IMG/VR virus record: IMGVR_UViG_3300027780_000034
Coordinates: 1 to 34,388 of that record
Length of the DNA: 34,388 nt
Strand: one strand, 5' to 3'
Origin: a virus
Taxonomy: Duplodnaviria > Caudoviricetes
Shown here: one piece after another, positions 1 through 8,231 of the stretch
Numbering within the stretch: the stretch's first letter is position 1
Layout: the number at the start of each line of letters is the position of its first letter
Notes under the pieces: generated by a model
Seen by the model: only the letters and a program-made list of their open reading frames with translations
The model's database searches: none
Told to the model about the DNA's origin: nothing
Translations under genes and position numbers: made by a program

Positions 1-540
1 GTTAGCAAGTTCACCACCGAGACGTAGGGTTCCTATCTTCTCCTCTACGTTCCCTTGGAGGAACATAACCTCGTCCATCCCAAGACCTCTGAGTTCCGCT
101 GGGAAATCATTGAAGTCTAGGACACCACCAGAGTTACGGACGTGAGCTTGTTGTAGAATAGCTAGACTAACTAGCTCTTCATTATAACTAAATTTTTGTA
201 GCTCTTCTGAGCCGATTAATCGTGTTTGTGCAATACGAGAAGAACGGATTGTGATGTACCGTCTAACTTCCTCTGGGATGGATGAACTCCAATCATTAGC
301 AGTGTTGCTCGGATAGATAACAACATTGGCAGTAGTGTTGTAGGCGCTTGCTGTTTGTTGGTTGAACCACCAGCCTTTAGACTGGATGTCAGTGCTTACT
401 TCTTCAATCGTGTTTAACGCCAGCGACACTTGTTGTGGAAGCGCACCACCAGAAAGAGTGTTTACTGGTGACTCGCCAAGGTTAGCAAGGACGATATTTA
501 CTGACTCAAGCAGAGTCGTAGAGATTGTAGTAGTAGGCAT
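1..540 (-). CDS. Tail tubular protein A (T7 gp11-like), runs off the window edge
   Basis: Not in ORF track; manual translation from ATG 540: MPTTTISTTLLESVNIVLANLGESPVNTL...IQSKGWWFN...IPEEVRRYITIRSSRIAQ; gp11-type motifs, located downstream of the capsid gene. Confidence 0.85.
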   Translation of the reverse strand, partial: MPTTTISTTLLESVNIVLANLGESPVNTLSGGALPQQVSLALNTIEEVSTDIQSKGWWFNQQTASAYNTTANVVIYPSNTANDWSSSIPEEVRRYITIRSSRIAQTRLIGSEELQKFSYNEELVSLAILQQAHVRNSGGVLDFNDFPAELRGLGMDEVMFLQGNVEEKIGTLRLGGELAN

Positions 541-668
541 TATTTATCTTTCTTTTTGGGGAAACCTTTTTTCATGTTGCTGTAAGACTTATTGCTTACG
601 GTGGATTTCTTCTTACTTCGGCTAATGCCTAGTTTCTTGCGTCGGTTAATATTTTCGTATAGGGACAT
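540..668 (-). CDS. Small Lys-rich hypothetical protein (42 aa)
   Basis: Manual translation MSLYENINRRKKLGISRSKKKSTVSNKSYSNMKKGFPKKKDK; fills the gap; TAATG coupling to the next gene. Confidence 0.75.
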   Translation of the reverse strand: MSLYENINRRKKLGISRSKKKSTVSNKSYSNMKKGFPKKKDK

Positions 669-671
669 AAT

Positions 672-911
672 TTAACATTTCCATCTTTTAAGGGCTAAAG
701 CTTTACGAGTAGGGCGACCCTTAGAGTCTTTCATCGCTCCTTTAACACCTGACATTCTTGCACAGAAGCTACGCTTTCTAGCGCCTCCCTTGGGCTGTGG
801 TGCTTTAAGATTAGAACCTGTCTTCTTATTATAGTAGTCACGACCTTTCTTGGTGAGACCGCCTTTATCAGACTTGTGTTCTTTTCGTAATGATACGCCT
901 TTTCGTTTCAT
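672..911 (-). CDS. Small basic hypothetical protein (79 aa, MKRKGVSL...KRWKC)
   Basis: ORF track 672..995 trimmed to ATG 911 because the upstream part overlaps the capsid stop and terminator. Confidence 0.8.
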   Translation of the reverse strand: MKRKGVSLRKEHKSDKGGLTKKGRDYYNKKTGSNLKAPQPKGGARKRSFCARMSGVKGAMKDSKGRPTRKALALKRWKC

Positions 912-953
912 AAAATAAAAAAGCCCTCCAAGGGATTGACCAAGGAGGGCTTT
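912..953 (-). terminator. Intrinsic terminator after the major capsid gene (T-phi position)
   Basis: Inverted repeat aaagccctcc (920-929) / ggagggcttt (944-953) followed on the minus strand by a U-rich tract. Confidence 0.85.
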
Positions 954-967
954 GAATTCAGAGGGTT

Positions 968-2026
968 TTAAGCAGGAAGAATCTTCACTGCACACTCAGG
1001 GCGAAGAACACCATGACCCATTGCATATTTAGCAACGAATAGTGTACCTTGACGCTCGATTTGGTACTCGGACTCTGTAGCGAGGTCGAGAAGCTTAACT
1101 GTACCGATAGCTTCCTTAGTACCCACGAGGATACCATGTTCACCACTGTTGTTAAGCGCAGCAAAGTTACCATTGTAACCTACTCCATCACCAACAAACA
1201 CATCATTGTTTGAGGAACCATCATCATTGTCAGCATTGGTTTGGTCATTAGACCCACCAGTACCAGCAGCAGAGATGTTGCCTTCAGCGATAACTTCGAG
1301 GAAGTTGTTGCTCTTCTTGAGTTGGATACCTGCAACTTCAACGATTGTGCCACGAGCAGCATCAGCAGAACCACCAGAGGTGTCCTTGTTGATAGCAACA
1401 TTGTCAGCAGTCAATAGCTTGTAGTATTGGGCAGGAGTTACGATAGCGAAACGTCCTTCACTTGGAGCATCTACTTCGTCAAGCTTAGTAGCAGCCGCAT
1501 AGAGTGCGTCAACGATACCAGCAGTGGTGTTAGTAACTGCACCTGAGATGGTGTTACCACCAGCTTGTGGAGCAGAAGCGCCTGTACCAGCAGCAGCGAA
1601 GAGAGTCTTCATTGTTGCGATGTCGAAGCGTTTTGCCAGAGCCTTACCAAGTTCAGAAGCATAAATGCTACGAACGTCGTAGTGACTCTTGAGTTCATCA
1701 ATGTTAGCAATGAATGTGGACGATACAAGAACATCATCAATAGTGATGACACGCTCGTTCATTCCAATGCTGCTAAGCATCGAGTTACCAGAGTCAGCGA
1801 TGTTGACTCCGGGTGTATGATATTTTGCAGTAGCGATTCCTGATACTGGGAACTGAGCAGACTTACCTGATGTGATTGTACGCATCAAGTGCAAGTCCTT
1901 CATGACATTGTTCTGTTCAAAAGCAGTCAGGATTTCTCCTGAGAAGACTTTGAGAAACAACGCATCATTGTCAGAACCCCCAGATTTAAGACCACTGCGA
2001 CTTGGGGATGTATTACCATTTGCCAT
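968..2026 (-). CDS. Major capsid protein (T7 gp10-like)
   Basis: ALFLKVFSGEILTAF, RTITSGKSAQFP, ITIDD, HYDVRSIY, YAMGHGVLRPECA. Confidence 0.97.
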   Translation of the reverse strand: MANGNTSPSRSGLKSGGSDNDALFLKVFSGEILTAFEQNNVMKDLHLMRTITSGKSAQFPVSGIATAKYHTPGVNIADSGNSMLSSIGMNERVITIDDVLVSSTFIANIDELKSHYDVRSIYASELGKALAKRFDIATMKTLFAAAGTGASAPQAGGNTISGAVTNTTAGIVDALYAAATKLDEVDAPSEGRFAIVTPAQYYKLLTADNVAINKDTSGGSADAARGTIVEVAGIQLKKSNNFLEVIAEGNISAAGTGGSNDQTNADNDDGSSNNDVFVGDGVGYNGNFAALNNSGEHGILVGTKEAIGTVKLLDLATESEYQIERQGTLFVAKYAMGHGVLRPECAVKILPA

Positions 2027-2096
2027 AGTTTTTTCTTTCTTTTATTGGGGTTAGTTTTAGTTTATTGTTTTTGTCTTCGATTATCTGCTTACCAAA

Positions 2097-2118
2097 TGTT
2101 ATCCTCCTCGGAGGGCAT
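2097..2118 (-). promoter_or_regulatory. Small GC hairpin in the capsid gene leader
   Basis: Minus strand gcCCTC-CGAG-GAGGataac about 75 nt upstream of the capsid ATG; function not determinable. Confidence 0.35.
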
Positions 2119-2143
2119 TGTGCTTATTAATCTTAAACGAAAG

Positions 2144-2596
2144 TTATAGGAAGGTCATAGCTCGTTGAGCATAACCCTCCAGTCGTAATTGTTTACGGTC
2201 ACTGATAGGATGATGTACTCGTCTCCAAGCACCACCCCCACCATTCCATATAAACAACCAATGCTTTACAGTCGGTTCTATTCCTTGTCTTTTAATATGT
2301 TTTGAATAGTGCGCCAGAACTGTATAAGCGATTTCTTTAGAAATTCTTGGGTCGAAACAATCTTCATGAACAAGACTTTGACCGCTAATACGATTGAAGT
2401 CTTTAACCATAATACTCGTAATTTGATAGAAGCCAAAAGCTTTACCATTGTCACCAATGACGTTAGGCTTACTATTCGGATACACTTCCCACAAAGGGAT
2501 TTTTGACACGAATCTGGAGATTGACAGATTTTCATTTGCTTTTAATTGAGGGATTAGGAACGCAAGAAAAGATAATAGTATTAGATAGGATTTCAT
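2144..2596 (-). CDS. Putative lysozyme-fold endolysin / lytic transglycosylase with N-terminal signal peptide
   Basis: Hydrophobic N-terminus; WE...IGDNGKAFGFYQI...D...WNGG pattern resembling lysozyme-like superfamily enzymes. Confidence 0.65.
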   Translation of the reverse strand: MKSYLILLSFLAFLIPQLKANENLSISRFVSKIPLWEVYPNSKPNVIGDNGKAFGFYQITSIMVKDFNRISGQSLVHEDCFDPRISKEIAYTVLAHYSKHIKRQGIEPTVKHWLFIWNGGGGAWRRVHHPISDRKQLRLEGYAQRAMTFL

Positions 2597-2601
2597 TCAT
2601 C

Positions 2602-2757
2602 TTATTTCTTTTTTTTATTATGGAAGTCAAACAGAATTTTTACTTTTTCTGTAAGAGTCTCAAGGTTGTAGTGCATCCTAGCTAGTACAATGATTAGTGT
2701 AATGACACCAATAAAGACGGGAGATAGGGATGATACAACTTGAAGGACTTCATTCAT
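2602..2757 (-). CDS. Small single-TM membrane protein (51 aa), holin/lysis-accessory-like
   Basis: Manual translation MNEVLQVVSSLSPVFIGVITLIIVLARMHYNLETLTEKVKILFDFHNKKKK; ATGA overlap with the upstream gene. Confidence 0.7.
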   Translation of the reverse strand: MNEVLQVVSSLSPVFIGVITLIIVLARMHYNLETLTEKVKILFDFHNKKKK

Positions 2758-3152
2758 TTAATCTGGGATGAGCCAAAGTAGAACCCTACTATGGCAAGAG
2801 CGGTTTGTCTGATTTCAGGAAGTATTACAAAGCCTTGAATGGTTTCCCATTTAACACCTTTGAATAGTCCTAGAAAGCCATTTGTATCTTGAGCGACACT
2901 GACACCCACATCTGTCCATGCGAAGATGAACGGAGCGAGTACAATGGCGAAGACGGTGGAGACCACTAGGAACCTACGAACTAATACACCTCCATCACGT
3001 TTGGCAGCGGCATCAGCCGAGGCATCTGCTGTCTGCTGAGACGTAATCATACGCTCAAACTGACGGGATTGATTTTCCATCTGCACTCCGATGAGCTTCA
3101 TTACGAAGCCACTGAGTCCTCCTGCTAGCATTGCTATTAGTTCTGGGGTCAT
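2754..3152 (-). CDS. Multi-TM membrane protein, holin-like
   Basis: Several hydrophobic segments; C-terminal AIVGFYFGS resembles holin-type C-termini; adjacent to the putative endolysin. Confidence 0.55.
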   Translation of the reverse strand: MTPELIAMLAGGLSGFVMKLIGVQMENQSRQFERMITSQQTADASADAAAKRDGGVLVRRFLVVSTVFAIVLAPFIFAWTDVGVSVAQDTNGFLGLFKGVKWETIQGFVILPEIRQTALAIVGFYFGSSQIK

Positions 3153-3154
3153 AA

Positions 3155-3949
3155 TTAAATTGCGGTTGTGACTGAGAGTCGTTGTTCAACTAGTTTTCTA
3201 TATCCTGCATCTTCAGCATACTTAGGGTCACGCATTGCACGGGTCACCTCAGCGGCAGAACCATACGGCTTTACGCCAGCGTCAGAAGCAGAAGTTCCAC
3301 CTTTTTCAAGGGAAGGTTCTCCACCACCTAGCGCTCTGTATTGAGCATATAAGCCTTTGACTGCAACATTTGCTTGGCTCACTGTGCCACCCTCAACAAT
3401 AGTGTTGAAAGCTTCTAGCTCATCATCAGCTAAGTTTTCACCAGCCCATTTAGCCATAGCGTCATACTCACCTTCACCACCCACAACCTTGTGGATGTTT
3501 GCAGTCTGAGCGTCGACTAATGATTGCTGACCAGCGATGTATGCGTTGACCATTTCACGGGAGAGACCAGCTTGTTCAAGACTTTCATAGGTCTTGTCAG
3601 ATAGCTCTCCTTTATTAGAAAATTCTTCTGTGGCACTTGAGATAGCATTGTCAGAAGGTTCAGAAGTTTCTTTAGGTTTAGCTTCTTTACTTTCCTTGGT
3701 GTCCTTTGGTTCTGATAGTTTCTTCTCAGCTTCGGAATAGGCTTTAGCCATATCTTCTGGTGTGTCAAACTTCTCAGGCAACCACTCAGGGCGCTCACTT
3801 TCAATAGGGGTCTCTGTCTCTTCAATCTTTTCAGATTCAGATACAATAGATTGACCTCTAGCTTTGGCGGCTTCGTCTTGCATAGCCGATTGTTTTTCTA
3901 GTGAGATATTTTCGTCCTCACTGTGTTCTTGTATAACTACTCTTTCCAT
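3155..3949 (-). CDS. Capsid assembly scaffolding protein (T7 gp9-like)
   Basis: Acidic; RPEWLPEKF, AYSEAEKKL, VGGEGEY...WA, AMRDPKY; follows the portal gene. Confidence 0.93.
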   Translation of the reverse strand: MERVVIQEHSEDENISLEKQSAMQDEAAKARGQSIVSESEKIEETETPIESERPEWLPEKFDTPEDMAKAYSEAEKKLSEPKDTKESKEAKPKETSEPSDNAISSATEEFSNKGELSDKTYESLEQAGLSREMVNAYIAGQQSLVDAQTANIHKVVGGEGEYDAMAKWAGENLADDELEAFNTIVEGGTVSQANVAVKGLYAQYRALGGGEPSLEKGGTSASDAGVKPYGSAAEVTRAMRDPKYAEDAGYRKLVEQRLSVTTAI

Positions 3950-3951
3950 TA

Positions 3952-5511
3952 TTACTCGCTTGCTTCTACTTGTTGATTCATATTCGCTCCGTCTTGAGCT
4001 TGGCTTAACTGACTACTAATTGCATTTACGCCATTAGGTATAGCAGCTTGCATCATCGCTGCTTGTTGGGCTTGCTGTGCCTCTTGCTGCATCTGTTCAG
4101 GACTCTTGATTAACTCTTGAGTCTTGATACCCAGAGAGGTTGCTCTACGTTTGAAGTATTCACTTACATTAACGAACTGAGCTACGGCTTCAGCACCAAC
4201 CACTTGAGCTGCTCCAGCTAGGAACAAGTCAAGTTTCTGTAAATCATTACCACGACCTAATGCTTCAACACCTGTAATAATAACAGGGTTGACTATATCT
4301 TTAGGTAGTTCAGGTAACGATTTCTTTTTCTTCATTACTACCAACAGTCGGTTGACCATAGGCATCTGAAGTTCTGTACTAAGCAGAGAGTAGAGACCAC
4401 CGAGGGCAGACTCTAGTTCCATACTTAACATTCTTATCTCTTCGGCAGTCACGCGTTCGGCTTGGCGAACAACTCCTGAAGTAAGTAAGAAGGCGTGTCC
4501 AAGTCTATCTTTGATTTCTTTGATAGTTTCTTGGGCAACACGAAAGTCATTAAATTTATTAAGTTGTAGAACCGATACGTCCTGTGCATTGCCTTGGGTG
4601 ATAGCACCATTAGGTGACTCAGCTAGTGTCCTTGCTCTGGTTGTACCATTAGGATTAACCATGAACAAAACCTTGGCTGCTGCTGCGCTACCCTCAACGA
4701 TTGCTTGGGTAAGGGTCTCAAGTGACTGCAAGTCTCCGAGGTATTCTTCTACATAACCTCGTCCATAGTCTTCACCATCAATTCGTGTAAAGCGAAGAGG
4801 GATGAATGGGTTCTTGTCGAGTTTGTATTTACCTTCAGAGGATGGGATACGAATACCATTGATGTCTTGATAGACAAACCAGTGGTCACTCTTACGGCAC
4901 ACGGCTGTATAAAGATTGATAGCCTCGTCAGCGCTTTCTCCTTGGACACCCACGAGTTCTTTCAACTCATCGGATAGGGTCATATAGGAAAGTGTTTCCT
5001 TGGTGCAGATGTATAGGGTATTACCCATAGCGTCACGCTCAACACAATAACGGTCGAGGTGGAATACACGCATACCTCCATCATCAGGCATATATATCAA
5101 AGCATTACCAGTAATGATAAGATTCTTTAGTGCTTCGTGAATAGCAACGCGATAGGTCTCACGACTAATCTCATCCATCACAGAATCTTCTACTTGTTGA
5201 AGTCCTGCTTCGATTTCAGACAGTACACTTGCATCAGCGCCTTCGGCTGCCAAAGCATACTTGTCTATGTTTAATCTAAAAAAGGGGGCGTTGGGGGGTA
5301 GAAGTGCCAACAGTAATTTAGAAGCGAGGTTGTTTACTCCTCTTGCCCCAACGCCTTGAAATGGTGTCTCTAACCGTGAATGAGAACCGAAGCCCTCATC
5401 AGGCATTACATAAGGTAAAGTTAATTTAGATGCTTGTCTGGCTCTGTCTAGGTATTGGTATCGCTTCCCTTCAAGGGAGGTGTATAAGCTTTCGGCAGAT
5501 TTGTTACTCAT
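3952..5511 (-). CDS. Portal (head-to-tail connector, T7 gp8-like)
   Basis: QGVGARGVNNLASKL, GEDYGRGYVEEYLGDL, ERVTAEEIR, GVEALGRG. Confidence 0.97.
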   Translation of the reverse strand: MSNKSAESLYTSLEGKRYQYLDRARQASKLTLPYVMPDEGFGSHSRLETPFQGVGARGVNNLASKLLLALLPPNAPFFRLNIDKYALAAEGADASVLSEIEAGLQQVEDSVMDEISRETYRVAIHEALKNLIITGNALIYMPDDGGMRVFHLDRYCVERDAMGNTLYICTKETLSYMTLSDELKELVGVQGESADEAINLYTAVCRKSDHWFVYQDINGIRIPSSEGKYKLDKNPFIPLRFTRIDGEDYGRGYVEEYLGDLQSLETLTQAIVEGSAAAAKVLFMVNPNGTTRARTLAESPNGAITQGNAQDVSVLQLNKFNDFRVAQETIKEIKDRLGHAFLLTSGVVRQAERVTAEEIRMLSMELESALGGLYSLLSTELQMPMVNRLLVVMKKKKSLPELPKDIVNPVIITGVEALGRGNDLQKLDLFLAGAAQVVGAEAVAQFVNVSEYFKRRATSLGIKTQELIKSPEQMQQEAQQAQQAAMMQAAIPNGVNAISSQLSQAQDGANMNQQVEASE

Positions 5512-5518
5512 AAATATA

Positions 5519-5749
5519 TTAGTCCTCTTCGACTTCTAGGGGTGAATAGGCATCAATAGTAGCGGATTCTTCGGATACGTCGAGGTCATACTCAGAAACA
5601 TCTAAAGCCCACATACCGTCAGCCGTAGGGACTGGCTTAGTCAACCATCTGGTTCCCTTGCCTTCAGTCCAGTAGGAGAAGTTGTTGTCTTTGCCTTCTT
5701 CGTCTGCTCGCTCAATGGCGGCTTCTTCGCTTGCGTAAATTAGATACAT
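5519..5749 (-). CDS. Acidic hypothetical protein, translationally coupled to the upstream 560-aa gene
   Basis: ORF track; TAATG overlap at 5749. Confidence 0.75.
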   Translation of the reverse strand: MYLIYASEEAAIERADEEGKDNNFSYWTEGKGTRWLTKPVPTADGMWALDVSEYDLDVSEESATIDAYSPLEVEED

Positions 5750-7431
5750 TAGTAGATGTCGTATTGATTGTTAATGTTAGCTTCGATGGCGGGACGGTTG
5801 GCTGTTTGGTTGGATGTATATACAATTATTTCGTTTATGGGCTGGGTGTAAAAGTTAGCCGCCCGAAAAGTAAATTTACAGCCAATTCTAAATTTTCTTG
5901 TGCCCGCGCTTGTTTGATTTGGGGATACCATAGAACTTGAGGTAGTCACAGTCCCACCGTCCCTCGAAATAGAAGCGTTGGGGAAAGTACTAACGAATGA
6001 TAATAGAGCTTCGCTACTTGTTACACCTGTCTGTGTAGAAGTCACAAGACTGTTACCTTTACTTTGAGTTTGAAAACTAGCAAGGTCACCATAACCATTT
6101 AGATTCATTTCCCAACCCCCATAACTTGTGCTATTTCCAACGGTTGCCCCACAAGAAAAGGCGGCAAGTTGACTACTTGCAATATGTGGAGTTAATACAG
6201 TAAAGAAAGAGAGTTGGGGGACGTTACAAATATCGGAGTTAGTTGTCTCAAGGAAAGTCTCAGTCCCATCAAGGAAATCTATTCCTCCTGTTACCAAAGA
6301 ACCAGCAATAACAATCTTAGGTTGGCTTCCAGCAGTTGCTTGCACGGCATCCTCGCTGTTACCTGACTGGTCATACCAAGTCTCTACAAAGCCACTCTTA
6401 GGTAATACCTTAATTGAGTTAAATGTAATTGTTCCACCGCTAGAAGCTACAAAAGTCATAGCAAGATAACCAGCGCTACCACTTAAATTTATTGTGATAT
6501 CTTGATTGTCCCCATTATTAATATTAGTGGCACTACCAACGCTAGTATTAGTCCCAGACGTACGCAACCTTAGCGTTCCTGCACTATCTAAACCAGATAC
6601 TGAAATATTAAAAATTACTTGGTCACCCGAAGAGCCTAAGACGTGATTGGGCTTAGAGGTTTCTCTAATTAAACTTGCCTCTCCCGTAAATGAAACGGTA
6701 GCTGTTGTAGCTGTAGAAGATTGGGAAGTAACACTACCAGTCCCAGCGGCATTGGAAAAGGTAGGTTGTGCATTCCATCCAATTTGAGGTGTGGTAACAA
6801 AGTCTAACAATGCTCCAGAAGATACACCAGAAGCTGTAAAGTCACTTTCAACATTGTTGCTTCCTCTACGCACACGCACAACCTTGTTGTTACCTTGCTT
6901 GTCGTTGAGGTCTCTTAGAGAATATGCTGCTGCTGCCCCACCAACTACTTTACTTAGTAGTGGACGAGACTCACCCTTGCGGTCTGAATCTATTACTTGT
7001 GCTGTGCGGTCTACTGTGACTGTCTCTGTTAGCGGAAGCCCAGTAATCGTTACCTTGTACTGGGGTGAGCTAGGCATAACAGCCTCCCAAGGTCTGTCAG
7101 TGAAACCAGCTCCAGTATTAAGAAGTATCTGTGGGTCGGAATCGCTCTGGTCTTCAACTAGATACGAATAGCCATCTGTCTCATTAAAATTGCTGGGAGT
7201 AATAGTGCTAGCACCTCCCTGTTGACTCCAAGTAGAGTTTCCAGTGACAGGAGTCGAAGTAGTATATATCCCACTATTGACAGCATATCCCGCAACGGTT
7301 ACTTGGATTGAGGTAGTATCGTCAGTAAGAGGGACTGTGCCCGCTGTCACCGTCATAGTTCTTACACCTGCAAACCTATCACGATTAAATGTGAAAGGTT
7401 GACCGTTTACCGTTAGGGTTCTATCTGCCAT
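5749..7431 (-). CDS. Ser/Thr/Gly-rich probable virion protein with concanavalin A/LamG-like lectin-type C-terminal region
   Basis: AAAAYSLRDL...VVRVRR and GFVETWYDQSGN...QATAGSQPKIV...INEIIVY patterns typical of beta-sandwich virion appendage proteins; fold is inferred. Confidence 0.6.
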   Translation of the reverse strand: MADRTLTVNGQPFTFNRDRFAGVRTMTVTAGTVPLTDDTTSIQVTVAGYAVNSGIYTTSTPVTGNSTWSQQGGASTITPSNFNETDGYSYLVEDQSDSDPQILLNTGAGFTDRPWEAVMPSSPQYKVTITGLPLTETVTVDRTAQVIDSDRKGESRPLLSKVVGGAAAAYSLRDLNDKQGNNKVVRVRRGSNNVESDFTASGVSSGALLDFVTTPQIGWNAQPTFSNAAGTGSVTSQSSTATTATVSFTGEASLIRETSKPNHVLGSSGDQVIFNISVSGLDSAGTLRLRTSGTNTSVGSATNINNGDNQDITINLSGSAGYLAMTFVASSGGTITFNSIKVLPKSGFVETWYDQSGNSEDAVQATAGSQPKIVIAGSLVTGGIDFLDGTETFLETTNSDICNVPQLSFFTVLTPHIASSQLAAFSCGATVGNSTSYGGWEMNLNGYGDLASFQTQSKGNSLVTSTQTGVTSSEALLSFVSTFPNASISRDGGTVTTSSSMVSPNQTSAGTRKFRIGCKFTFRAANFYTQPINEIIVYTSNQTANRPAIEANINNQYDIY

Positions 7432-7436
7432 TTATA

Positions 7437-7640
7437 TTAGTAAGAGATATTTGCACCTGTGCCACTTGAGCCAGTGTTGACTGTAGAGCGACGAATAGTT
7501 AGAGCAGAAGTACCACGCTTCTTAGAACTACTGCGGTTCTTAAGAGCTTTGTTCTCTACCGTCTTAGCCGTCTTAGTGGGAGGGGGAGGAGCGGCAGGTG
7601 GTGGAACTGGGTCTGGGATTTTAGGGGATGACATGCACAT
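7437..7640 (-). CDS. Small virion protein (T7 gp6.7/7.3-like)
   Basis: MCMSSPKIP start, Pro-rich, KKRGTSALTIRR; position upstream of portal. Confidence 0.65.
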   Translation of the reverse strand: MCMSSPKIPDPVPPPAAPPPPTKTAKTVENKALKNRSSSKKRGTSALTIRRSTVNTGSSGTGANISY

Positions 7641-7644
7641 GGTA

Positions 7645-7833
7645 TTATTCTTTCGTTAGGATATTTTCGTTTTGAATCTCGAATTGATGGGTAAGAAAGT
7701 TAATGACCGAGCGTTGTCCATTATGAAAGTCCATATCTCTTAATGACTTACTCGTATCAAAATCTTTTTGGGGAAAGTTTTCGACCAAAGCTTTGAGTAT
7801 TTGTGGATGTATTGGGGGAAATGAGTCAGCCAT
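7645..7833 (-). CDS. Hypothetical protein
   Basis: ORF track; tight packing; GAAAGG upstream of the ATG. Confidence 0.75.
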   Translation of the reverse strand: MADSFPPIHPQILKALVENFPQKDFDTSKSLRDMDFHNGQRSVINFLTHQFEIQNENILTKE

Positions 7834-7835
7834 AA

Positions 7836-8231
7836 TTACCTTTCTTCTTGGTTCGATACTTCATATTCCCTCTTCCTTATGTCATCTAACGACTTAGGTA
7901 ACTTACCATTCTTAATCCATTCTTCAGTTTGAACCAGACACATGGCGTTCCAAACGATAGCACCAGCGTGGTCTTCACTCTCATCCCCTTCGATGAATTG
8001 CCAGAGGTGTCTATACAAACTATCTATGTATCTACTGAGTGGAATACCCTTAGTCCAGTTGTCACGACCATACTTATTAGCTCCATCCTCAAAGCGTTTA
8101 GAGGCAGCTCGTAGTGCAGCGATGGGTAGTAACGAGGGTATCCCTTTTCCCTCCATCGCATCTCTCACTGCACCTGTGTCAAACTCTGAGCGTTTACCAC
8201 TGTCAGGTAATGTTACTTTCTTGGTGTCCAT
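7836..8231 (-). CDS. DUF5664-like dATP/dGTP diphosphohydrolase-domain protein
   Basis: SGKRSEFDTGAVRD...KG...GANKYGRDNWTKGIP...DSLYRHL...EDHAGAIVWN. Confidence 0.75.
   Translation of the reverse strand: MDTKKVTLPDSGKRSEFDTGAVRDAMEGKGIPSLLPIAALRAASKRFEDGANKYGRDNWTKGIPLSRYIDSLYRHLWQFIEGDESEDHAGAIVWNAMCLVQTEEWIKNGKLPKSLDDIRKREYEVSNQEER

Noticed and set aside
955-1000. T7 10B-like frameshift extension of the capsid protein into ORF 672..995
   Set aside because: No clear slippery site at the capsid C-terminus, and a terminator lies in between; the basic ORF has its own ATG at 911
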